The notes beneath the pieces are model-generated. The model was given only the letters and a program-made list of their open reading frames with translations. It was not told the origin of the DNA and did not search any database. A program made the translations under genes and the position numbers. Of a stretch of DNA of 64,000 bases, positions 56,901 to 64,000 are shown piece by piece; the stretch's first letter is position 1, and every line of letters begins with the position of its first letter. The stretch comes from Candidatus Thorarchaeota archaeon (lineage in GTDB: Archaea; Asgardarchaeota; Thorarchaeia; Thorarchaeales; Thorarchaeaceae): the NCBI GenBank assembly GCA_048882325.1, contig JBHLRS010000016.1, positions 1 to 64,000 of the forward strand, in the 5' to 3' direction.

Positions 56901-58631
56901 GCTGCAATAAGCTTGAACTATCCACTCGCCAGCAGATGCATTCGTACCGAATGACAATAGTTGCGTATTTGCATACCCAGTGCTATTCACTGCTACAAGT
57001 TCTGAATGCCAACTAGCACCTGAAGGTGAAAACAGGGTGATGTTCATAGTGACTCCAGTATATTGAGCACCTACGTTCACAGCAAAATATGATGCATCAT
57101 TAGCTCGGAGATTCATAGTCTGAGCAGTCGTGCCAAGTCCGGGACTTGTCATTAATAGATCCGAGATCATGTTTGCACCCTTGCTCTTGATGAGCCAGTA
57201 GCCCCATCTATCTGCAAACGGATAGGCACTAATGTTTGCATACCATTCTGGTCCATGCCCTTCATCCCACGACGTGATGTTAACATCAGTACGTAAGGGA
57301 GAACCTACATAGTAGACATCTCTGTTATCTGGCAGTGAGATGTTGAAATAATACCGATTATCATATCCTTCTGGAATATCAGCGAAGAACCATGTCAGAT
57401 ATTCAACATCCGAAGAGTTCGTCACTTCGAAATTCTCTCCAAAGGAGAGAGGATCTTGAGTGGTAACCGTAGTTGATGTTCCGCGGGAGTAGAGATTCGT
57501 TTCAACAGTGAATTCTACCCAAATCTCTCGGTCAGGAACTGGTGTAGTAGGAGCTGGAGTCCATGAAAAGTCAACGCTGACTGGACTTGTTGTCCATGTG
57601 GGTGACGGATTTTGCGTAATGTTACCCAATCCAGGAACAGACGAACCGCCAGCTATGTAATCGTTCACATCCAAGCCATTCATCTGGAGATTAAGATCGC
57701 TGGGATCAGTTTTAGTCATGAGGTAGAGTTCGAAATTATCAACACGAGCATATGGATTAAGGTCGGGATTGTAGTTGACAGTCTGTTGACTGTACAGACC
57801 AACTGTCACCATTACGCCATCAGATAGGTCGAAAACTGACAGATCTGGTATTGTAATGAGACCACTGTCATACCAAACCATCTCTTGGTCTACGTCAGGG
57901 AACGATTTCTGCCAAACACGTTGTGTATAGTCATTCGTTTCTATTGACACGAATATGGCAACAAATCCATCAGCTCCCCAATCAGATTCAATCCAATAGT
58001 CCAGTCTGAAACCAGCCCACACTACATCGCCTCGATTCACAGTGAATGTCTGTTCAGCCCAAGCACGTTCACCAACCGAAGGATCTCCACCACCAGCAAT
58101 TTCGAATTCGACACAATCATCACCTGCGCCATGGCCATCGGTCACCCATGAAGCAGAGGGCGATGCACCTCCACCCACTGGAACATCGTCTAATGTCCAA
58201 CTTGAAGGACTGTTCTCCATATCAGGATCCTGAACCCAAGTTCTGTTCTCAGTCAAATCAGAAATTTCAACAATTAGTTCATGACCTTCCCATCCAGCCT
58301 CCATGGGTATTGACACTGATGTAGCACTCGTACTGCTATTCGATGAGAAGTATCTCATCTGATTGCTTGAGAACACATCTGTTCTATTTCCATAAGCTTG
58401 AGCAGGTAGTCCATCTGATGTACCAGACCACATAGTCCAGCCCTGCTCTGAAGTAACAAAGCTAGGATTGGGAGTTTGATGGTAACTTGAGGAACCATGG
58501 TCATTGAGGGAGGATGTCGAATCTGGTGTTTTTTGATTCGTAGCATTCTGTGTACCAATAACAGCGAGTGTATTGAAGACCATAAGGAAGGTGACAATCA
58601 TCAATAGTGGGAGTCTATATCGAGGTTTCAT
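50955..58631 (-). CDS. Giant (2558 aa) type-I membrane protein with Ig-like repeats and cytoplasmic tail
   Basis: Signal peptide; many ~100-110 aa repeats (Y.D......I.GA ... LGNG.Y.....T); single TM; about 180-aa charged tail. Confidence 0.9.
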   Translation of the reverse strand: MKPRYRLPLLMIVTFLMVFNTLAVIGTQNATNQKTPDSTSSLNDHGSSSYHQTPNPSFVTSEQGWTMWSGTSDGLPAQAYGNRTDVFSSNQMRYFSSNSSTSATSVSIPMEAGWEGHELIVEISDLTENRTWVQDPDMENSPSSWTLDDVPVGGGASPSASWVTDGHGAGDDCVEFEIAGGGDPSVGERAWAEQTFTVNRGDVVWAGFRLDYWIESDWGADGFVAIFVSIETNDYTQRVWQKSFPDVDQEMVWYDSGLITIPDLSVFDLSDGVMVTVGLYSQQTVNYNPDLNPYARVDNFELYLMTKTDPSDLNLQMNGLDVNDYIAGGSSVPGLGNITQNPSPTWTTSPVSVDFSWTPAPTTPVPDREIWVEFTVETNLYSRGTSTTVTTQDPLSFGENFEVTNSSDVEYLTWFFADIPEGYDNRYYFNISLPDNRDVYYVGSPLRTDVNITSWDEGHGPEWYANISAYPFADRWGYWLIKSKGANMISDLLMTSPGLGTTAQTMNLRANDASYFAVNVGAQYTGVTMNITLFSPSGASWHSELVAVNSTGYANTQLLSFGTNASAGEWIVQAYCSNSIGGTDWNQTGFFRRSFNIIHSSTSTLLNPEDAISTWITNVTYPDLFLVRVQINDTDISGATVSGGQMSYNWTTGTEYFGEAGNGEYLITLDSGDLPEKGQYILNLEWTHPHYDTVQDVLTINLNFDANLLLEAPVSPGLSIPYSYNSSFQIGFEDYLGTRIDTGSVDCNWSSYYSVSPVSGSPGSYLFWLNTTFVAMGEYVVEITGTAPFVLPQSYLLYVEVRELYTKVTYLQNVVTIPVGEAGSLTFEWTDADHDTPLTGFNDSILCDWTGSYSIIESSPGLYTLTIYTTDLTPLGTTTVNLGFSGARMQNHTISIQVTVRSHTTLFTLEEPILQTPYGVDTFILVQYLDTDLGTGIDNSSGFVHIDVTTLDLPILSYTVIDLGSGHYNITVPTSQWSTIGWKNFSVQISWTGSVQKLQSGSLDISFRLIGTQTDLYLETAPVATYYLDNFTFSAVFYDVVNSTYIDNSTGAVSLSFTPIGVNPVTGADFFFEIVADGSARYFEFQLNSTHLEGVGLFEVEIAFLWKSGALPLYENQTITVFLMVLERPTYVDYTQVPPTAYGEDADLVFSFIDSLTTNRISDSPSLIVDINEGGVFWSYLFDPGTNEFTITIDTSSLGGVGSIALHLNLTWTGTPFYADVSNQEFVVIVQLRSSQLTHLPFTPGQWGNNVTIEFVYTDIISGTTTGMTGTLSLDIGASFYTVTPGADGYFTVVLNSSAFGPPGLYYINASIVYSGANYVSDAFEYFAFTVLERSTQIGYESPDNAPYLSNLTFVITYKDDSTGVGIAGATVVISSDPLTLVSGTDYWITYLGSGEYLVELDTAALGPPATYQLNVTVSYSGAPYYRTSIRSLTGTVVERPTQIRIVKTPGNTPFLENVSFSFVFEDFLDKSFITIDKGDITLSHGAGHALITAAQYTLINFGTYYEVRFNSTILNAASLVTGHEIQILIEWTSGSPYYTDRNTTTQASTTYRSTVILFPLVEESPYYDNITINLEYIDFLTGKGIDGAIVTLTTFIGPVNYQMIALGNGVYQITVNTTEFGGTGTVYFNISITWSGSPFYSDRDALNVPAEIREVQTSLIAEAPPAGSTAIGVPITVTLTLEDRDFGGFIEGAVIAADWTFTTGNSYQWVEVGGGVYELTLNTTGLLAQQYIVTVTATKTFYQVAQAQVFVQPGAQTVEIILTQTTYYADWGELLNISFWIQEPFYMTYVEGFNSSLLWNGTLYYFDDAGTGFYSMLLDTSNVDFGIYNPQITVSREFYQTRQKSFTLVVSKAPGQIIPFQSTYDTVIDTSVDFEVYLSNTVTGTPVTGATVTMEWNGTVTGLSATGVPGWYTGTVDATGFVTGVYPLTIRAVTTNVQFIETNIDINVVPIPTDISPADNVNIRYVFYGESLNLIVNYTDTYHDTLIAGATVSYTLGSVSGDFTDLGNGSYSVPIDVSSLASQSIYLRLVASKPGYATAIKSIVITILPIPTETWAKPILQSGYWNDTVSFLFYYNDTQHNELILDANVVASWTGGDAVVIPHLNGSYEVSVLINVENPGLYDLVVRFDLTNYTSRTITAKVEIYITPAEIVGPTLYSAPINDESNIIYNVVNLIDDSPITDVIGIAHSLQIGDTELVLLGNGSYSLVLASDLPYGTYSFDINFGTTKYSIAPLQLQVIIRQIHTELRYDNDTVLTSPGTTFEVSITYYDLDHGVGIPNANLTVQYSQNNITYLDQFTTDESGTYTLFFRATAGRTFTVSIFFDKEDYESRQFTLTIKSDISPQQQFEQALTIGGGSALILIALLIVAYVRVWSVPAQIRAINRMMRALRKGRIPKPPKAPSRLDTTLGIVNEEAGSMKVSKTAYEITEYPIETTVPEVNELLEELAAITGLGEVEIEAFRADLARMRASERPGFLKEVIDQEKARRADVLAKPPEGEPAPDQVPLEQRPEELDDLRQKLIKKGMAVDEIDVILEEAKSLSKADLDALLSSLGIDLD

Positions 58632-61600
58632 TCTTCCATCCCTCCGATTTCTTCTAGCAATGCATCTATTTCCGCTTTAGACAGGTTTCTAGCTTGCTCG
58701 ATCATTAGGTCTGCCTCTGTTTCCTCAATACCCATATTCAACAGGCGTTCCTTCAAGTGCATCAGTTCATCTTCTGTGAGGCGTTCCTCAACCTCCTCGG
58801 TCGGGACTCCTTCCTCAGCAACACGTTCAGCCTCAGCGAGTTCGCGTGCACGTCGAGACCGCTCCTGTCTTAGAACTTCATTGATGAATCCAGCCCTCTC
58901 GCTGGGTCTCATCTTGTCAAGGTCTTGACGAAGTGTATCGATATCATCTGGGGTCAATCCTACAACCACTGCAAGCTCATCTAGAAGTTCCTCAACATCC
59001 ATAACTGTGACGTCGACAGTTGATAGACTGACGTCGTCAATGGACTTGTGAATTCCTGTTTTCCTGAGATCTTCATTCATCATAGCAAGAAGCATCTCAC
59101 GGCGTCTAGGAACATCTGCTGGTTTGGGTATTCGTCCTCGATTCAGTGCTCGAATCATGCTACGGATAATTCGTAACAGTTTGGGAACAGACAGGACTCT
59201 GATATACAAAGCACTCAAAGCGGCAATGAAGAGAAGAGCTATCGTTCCGAACTGGAAGCCAGCCACGAGAGCTTTCTGTCCGGGAGTGAATTCAGTGTAA
59301 ATGTCATATTGAACTGAAGCTATTTGATAGTCGACTTTGCTGAGTCTTATTTCAAGATTATAGTATGTTAAGACAGGTGCTCGAAATGCAAGTGCATATG
59401 TACCATTGCCATAATTAACATCTAGATCGGTTTCTCTAACAAGATCGGTGGTCTGAGTACCAGCTGAAGAAATAACGGTGATTTCTGCGCCAGGTATTGT
59501 TTCTGAATGATCTATGTCGATGTAGGTGATGTTCACAAAGAAGATCCTTCCAACGTAAATAATGGTTGGAAGTGCGGAATACTCTAACTCCGTCGCAATC
59601 TCACGGATAGTCAGGAAGAACTCAATCTCACCCAGAGAATAGTTACCTCTTGAAATTGTAATCCGAATTCTGTAAGGTTCAGCTCGGACCTGCAAGTCCG
59701 TTCCCAAATCTGCTTCAGCAGGACCAAAAGCATACGATCCATTGTTGAGATTTGTCAACGTGACAGTTCCAAACATCCAAGTGGCTGTCGCATATCCATC
59801 AGTAATCCATACATCGTGCAAATCGTCCCAGAATCCGAAAAGAGTGGTGAAGTTGTCATGTACTGCATACTCCTTCGCTGATTCGCCTAATACTTCAGTC
59901 CTAATGGGATTGACTAAGAGCTTAACCAAAGCTGAAGCGAAGCGGAAGTTCTCCTTTCTGAATGAAACGGTTATATGATGTGGAATACTTCCAGCAAGGA
60001 CCAAAGAAGTATTCAACGTGAGTGAATAGGAACCATTTCCAAGGTCTATTAGCGAACCTTTGAATTGCTCCATCGTGTAGTTAGTGATCGCACCAACAAT
60101 TCCTTCATTTGCATGAGTGTCGTTGAAGAATAATAAGAAAGTGACTTCTTCACCATAGTAGCCGCTAAGGGTAGCTGATGTAAGAATTACAATTTCAGTA
60201 TCAACGACCTCAACGTTCAGCGTAAACTCGATAGAAGAGGGCGTATAGCCTGCCGCGCTACTAGAAATTCTGACCTTCCACTCTTGGACACTCAGTTCAG
60301 ATGTGTCGACCAGCGCACTGTAATATCCAGGTGTAGCAAGCTCTACGAGTGATCCAACGGTGTTGTTGACTCCATATGTCAGACTCGCGCCAGTAACTGG
60401 CACATTGAGGTCGGTATTGTTGAGATAGACTGTGATGTTAGCAATATCACGATAATTCACAGAAACGACGAAATCCGTTATAGCAACGAGGTTTGTTGAG
60501 AGTTCAGTAATTTCTATCGTAAGCTGCATTGATACACTCTTGTAGTTATCAGACCGAGCTTGAATGAGGATTTGGTGAGTACCAACAGGAGCGCCGGATA
60601 CAATGAATTCAACAATGTATCTACTATCAATTGGTGACCAGCTAAGCATGCCTGTGCCACCAACCCAGCTATAGGATACTAAACCACTATCAATTGGAGA
60701 ACTGTTTGCAAGGATGAGATAGTCTACAGAAATATTGACCATCAGTCCGTTTACTGTGGTTTGAGGTGATAGTGAACCGGCAATCTTCGAAGCAATCTTA
60801 TCAATTCGTATCTGGAAATCTCTTTGTCTGCTTTCATAGTTTAATAAAACAGACCTTACTGTGACAGAATGTTCACCAGCAATAATCTGCCAGCTCTGAA
60901 CTGTGCAGGTGTAAATACCTGGCGCACCCGGTGTCATGTCAACATTGATTGTTGAAATGGTTAGATTGACATATGCACCCACCACAGGATTACCATTTCT
61001 AGCATCAGTCACATTGGCGGTAAAGTCAATTGAATCACCCCAGAATGGATTTGTTGGATTGAAGGTCAGCTCTATTTGAACAGGGATTGCAGAAAGGAGA
61101 ATGTCAGCTAGGATTGATTGGTTTTGGTGCAGATATTTCGAAGCATTGACAGAGAACGAATAAAGTCCAGCATCCATACCAGAGGTCTGAATTACCATTT
61201 CATAGACACCATTACCCAACTCGGTGATTGTAGCGATAGTTGGGTAAGTAGCATTCCAGTCACTTTGGATGAGAGCATTTGGAATACCAGTACCGAACTC
61301 AATTGCTGTATAGGTGATGTTGGCAATGATTGGATCACCAAGATAGTATGTCACTCCTTGCGGGAGTTTAAAGCTGAGAGTTGTTGAAACAGAATTGACA
61401 AATACTGAAAACCTAAGGTTTGTGACATTTGTATAGAAGGGACTTCCATACCAGGTTAAATTGAGAGTAAAGAAATATCGACCCATACCGGAAAGCGTTG
61501 TGGTATCAACAAGAATACGATAGGTTCCATCCCCATTATCTATTATCCATTGAGTGAATGATGTGTCATTCACACATAGCAGAGAGAGATCAGCACCTGA

Positions 61601-64000
61601 TATTCCATTTCCTGTGAGATAGTCACTGAAATCAATGAGGGCGCTAATGTTGAAGAAATAATATGCTGGAGGAGTGGACAGAACCGATGCTTGAGTAAAT
61701 CGAGTTGATATAGTGACTTGAGTTGACGTAGTTGAGTTCTCGTAATATGGGACCATGTCACCCCAGTGGAATAGGATTGTGATTGGATAAGCATCAACTA
61801 GGTCTGAGGTTATCAGTGTAGAGTTGAAAGTAATCCAATAGTACCCGCCGGAACCGGTGAGCGTATACTGTGAATCAAGAATCAAAGTACCACCACCATG
61901 TGTTATTATCAACACAGATTTGTCAAGAGGAATCCTCGTTCCGTTCACGTCATCCGTGGCAACCACCTGAAATTCTATATTACTGAGGAATGGAGTTGTT
62001 AGTGGAGACCTGGTGACAGATATCGTTGCATATCGACGTACAACATCAATCGAAACATCCAAGGTCCGATCTTGATAGAATGGAGACCCTGATCTGTCAG
62101 CTGTAACTGTTATTGTATACTGTCCGAAGTTGCCAAGGGCTACAGTCGAAATCCTGATGCGATAGTCGCCACCTGGAAGTGCATCGACCCAGTAATTAAC
62201 TCCAAGCTGCAGTGTTGCGTTAAGACAAGAAGCTGTGATTGTGGCACCAAGTATTCCAACTGATGTGCTGTCATCAAAGTATGAAACAATCACAACCGCT
62301 TCTTCAAGGAATATTGCTAATGATGGAACCTCACTGGTGAGCTGCGTTCTCCTCTCGATGAGAGTGAGGTAGAAGAAGTCAGTTGCATCGAAACAGAAGT
62401 TTGTACCCGTGTATGTCATTGTAGCATTCACAGTGAAAGTATCAAGTGAACCAAAAACACTGGTGTCAAGAGTGACAGTGTATGTTCCGTCTCCATTGTT
62501 TACAGCAAGGTAGAACCCAGAGAGTGACGCATCAAGGGTCAATAACCCAGTATTCAGCAGTGATTGATCATCGAGGTCTCTATAAGTGAAGACAATCACC
62601 AAATCGTTTCCATATTCAATAGAAGTGTATGGACCATGTTCTAGATTCGTATACCTGTTCCGTATTGTAATCGAGATTGGTATACTAGTTCGGTTTTGAT
62701 AGAAGGGTGTGCCACTCCATACAACATCAAGATGGAACGTGAAAGTCCCAACATTGTCCCACCATGTAGTATCAAGAGTCAGAACAAATTCTTGAGTACT
62801 AGGCAGATAAATCGAACTAAGAACAAGCCCGGCCTCCTGAACTTGGTAGTTCAATTGAGCTCCATCGGGAATGTTCAAGCCAGTGATTACATCCACATAT
62901 GTGAATGTCAGGTTGACACTCTCACTGTAGGGTGTTGTGGGCAAGGGAGACCATAATACACTCGTCTGTCGATAACGAGTGTTTATGTTAACTGCAAGGG
63001 TTCTGTTCTCATAGAGTGGAAGTTGACCGTCAGTCCAATTGGCGTAAATTCTCAGCTCGCATCGCAGCAATCCACTAAGGAGTGATGAGTCGAACGTGAT
63101 CTGATATTCACCGTTGCCTAATTCAGTAATCACCATCAATTCTTGAGTGAGAGTCTGACCTGGTGTTAGAACCTCGATGGTAAAGTGCACGTTGAGTGGA
63201 TACGATCCGGTAGTGTTTGTAATCCCAGTGCTATTACTGACATCCCAATAAATCACAGAGAATGTGACATTCTCGCCATAGGGTGTAGCAATAGGATTCA
63301 TACCTATGTAAAGATCTGATGGGCTTCCTGCAATCCTCGCACTAACGAAGAGAACTTTATCGTCATGTTTGGGTTGAGGTCCAGTCCAATTAGCAAAAAT
63401 CGTAATATCCTTCCATCCGATTGAACCCCATTGGTCTGCAGTAATTCTTACAATATATCGGCCTTGTACAGACCCGTTTACAACATTGAAATCAAGTGAT
63501 GGAACTCCTGATGCTTCAGCATATATCAAGACATCACTTCCGACGATACCAGATCCAGTTGTGATGTCATAGTAGAGTACGTAGATGGTAATCTGGCCTG
63601 TATATGGTGTTGGCTCGATTGGATTGTCCAAGGAGAATGAGGTCAAATGGGTGATTATTCTGATATCAATGTCAAAGGTGTGGTTCTGATATGCAAAGCG
63701 GTTGACATTGAACACTACAGAGTAGTCCTGAATCGGGTCAGTTTCCAATGAGAAGAATGTGATATCGTACTCTCCGGGAGAACTCATTGTCACAGTGTAA
63801 TCAGACCAGTTACAGGATATTGAGCCGGCTGCACCAGATATTGGAAGGTCATGGTCTGTGTCCCAATACGTCAGAGTGATGGTTTCTTCATATCCAACTG
63901 GTAATGCAATGATGCTTTGCGACACAGAAACAGAAGTGAAAATTTGTCTGACCTCAACGAATAGTAATACCTGTGAAGTTGTGTAATAGTCCTGCCGAGC
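58628..64000 (-). CDS. Paralogous giant type-I membrane protein (5' end outside window)
   Basis: Frame is open to 64000 (ARQDYYTTSQVLLFVEVRQ...); same repeats and homologous tail; ATGA overlap with the next gene. Confidence 0.9.
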   Translation of the reverse strand, partial: ARQDYYTTSQVLLFVEVRQIFTSVSVSQSIIALPVGYEETITLTYWDTDHDLPISGAAGSISCNWSDYTVTMSSPGEYDITFFSLETDPIQDYSVVFNVNRFAYQNHTFDIDIRIITHLTSFSLDNPIEPTPYTGQITIYVLYYDITTGSGIVGSDVLIYAEASGVPSLDFNVVNGSVQGRYIVRITADQWGSIGWKDITIFANWTGPQPKHDDKVLFVSARIAGSPSDLYIGMNPIATPYGENVTFSVIYWDVSNSTGITNTTGSYPLNVHFTIEVLTPGQTLTQELMVITELGNGEYQITFDSSLLSGLLRCELRIYANWTDGQLPLYENRTLAVNINTRYRQTSVLWSPLPTTPYSESVNLTFTYVDVITGLNIPDGAQLNYQVQEAGLVLSSIYLPSTQEFVLTLDTTWWDNVGTFTFHLDVVWSGTPFYQNRTSIPISITIRNRYTNLEHGPYTSIEYGNDLVIVFTYRDLDDQSLLNTGLLTLDASLSGFYLAVNNGDGTYTVTLDTSVFGSLDTFTVNATMTYTGTNFCFDATDFFYLTLIERRTQLTSEVPSLAIFLEEAVVIVSYFDDSTSVGILGATITASCLNATLQLGVNYWVDALPGGDYRIRISTVALGNFGQYTITVTADRSGSPFYQDRTLDVSIDVVRRYATISVTRSPLTTPFLSNIEFQVVATDDVNGTRIPLDKSVLIITHGGGTLILDSQYTLTGSGGYYWITFNSTLITSDLVDAYPITILFHWGDMVPYYENSTTSTQVTISTRFTQASVLSTPPAYYFFNISALIDFSDYLTGNGISGADLSLLCVNDTSFTQWIIDNGDGTYRILVDTTTLSGMGRYFFTLNLTWYGSPFYTNVTNLRFSVFVNSVSTTLSFKLPQGVTYYLGDPIIANITYTAIEFGTGIPNALIQSDWNATYPTIATITELGNGVYEMVIQTSGMDAGLYSFSVNASKYLHQNQSILADILLSAIPVQIELTFNPTNPFWGDSIDFTANVTDARNGNPVVGAYVNLTISTINVDMTPGAPGIYTCTVQSWQIIAGEHSVTVRSVLLNYESRQRDFQIRIDKIASKIAGSLSPQTTVNGLMVNISVDYLILANSSPIDSGLVSYSWVGGTGMLSWSPIDSRYIVEFIVSGAPVGTHQILIQARSDNYKSVSMQLTIEITELSTNLVAITDFVVSVNYRDIANITVYLNNTDLNVPVTGASLTYGVNNTVGSLVELATPGYYSALVDTSELSVQEWKVRISSSAAGYTPSSIEFTLNVEVVDTEIVILTSATLSGYYGEEVTFLLFFNDTHANEGIVGAITNYTMEQFKGSLIDLGNGSYSLTLNTSLVLAGSIPHHITVSFRKENFRFASALVKLLVNPIRTEVLGESAKEYAVHDNFTTLFGFWDDLHDVWITDGYATATWMFGTVTLTNLNNGSYAFGPAEADLGTDLQVRAEPYRIRITISRGNYSLGEIEFFLTIREIATELEYSALPTIIYVGRIFFVNITYIDIDHSETIPGAEITVISSAGTQTTDLVRETDLDVNYGNGTYALAFRAPVLTYYNLEIRLSKVDYQIASVQYDIYTEFTPGQKALVAGFQFGTIALLFIAALSALYIRVLSVPKLLRIIRSMIRALNRGRIPKPADVPRRREMLLAMMNEDLRKTGIHKSIDDVSLSTVDVTVMDVEELLDELAVVVGLTPDDIDTLRQDLDKMRPSERAGFINEVLRQERSRRARELAEAERVAEEGVPTEEVEERLTEDELMHLKERLLNMGIEETEADLMIEQARNLSKAEIDALLEEIGGMEE

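Overview
Gene-dense archaeal chromosomal segment, most likely Asgard (Thorarchaeia-like). Basis: archaeal-type TyrRS, GGTGA/GGAGG RBSs, TTTATA boxes, Rab-like small GTPases, 'IDLxPL' LRR proteins, NosD-type beta-helix proteins and giant Ig-repeat membrane proteins. Peptide catabolism: two M32 carboxypeptidases, IorAB and an isoaspartyl peptidase. Thiol/redox set: thioredoxins, PDO, Grx, two TrxR-fold proteins, two ferritin-like proteins and an HxlR/4Fe-4S/DUF438 locus. Other operons: dsrEFH-DUF22, an ABC exporter, and DUF362-DPPR synthase-PHP-flippase. The window ends with tyrS and two tandem giant type-I membrane proteins. I recognised no rRNA, tRNA, CRISPR array, integrase or transposase. 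Most notable: (1) a structured GC-rich non-coding locus at about 38.41-38.87 kb whose 3' end is repeated, with pairing-preserving changes, just after a neighbouring LRR gene; (2) a coupled Zn-finger / longin-like / ~15-TM / Rab-like GTPase operon; (3) paired giant receptors with a conserved cytoplasmic tail; (4) a lipid-linked pentose operon; (5) a duplicated promoter plus covarying terminator pair at about 8.1-11 kb. All family calls are by-eye motif recognition, not database searches.
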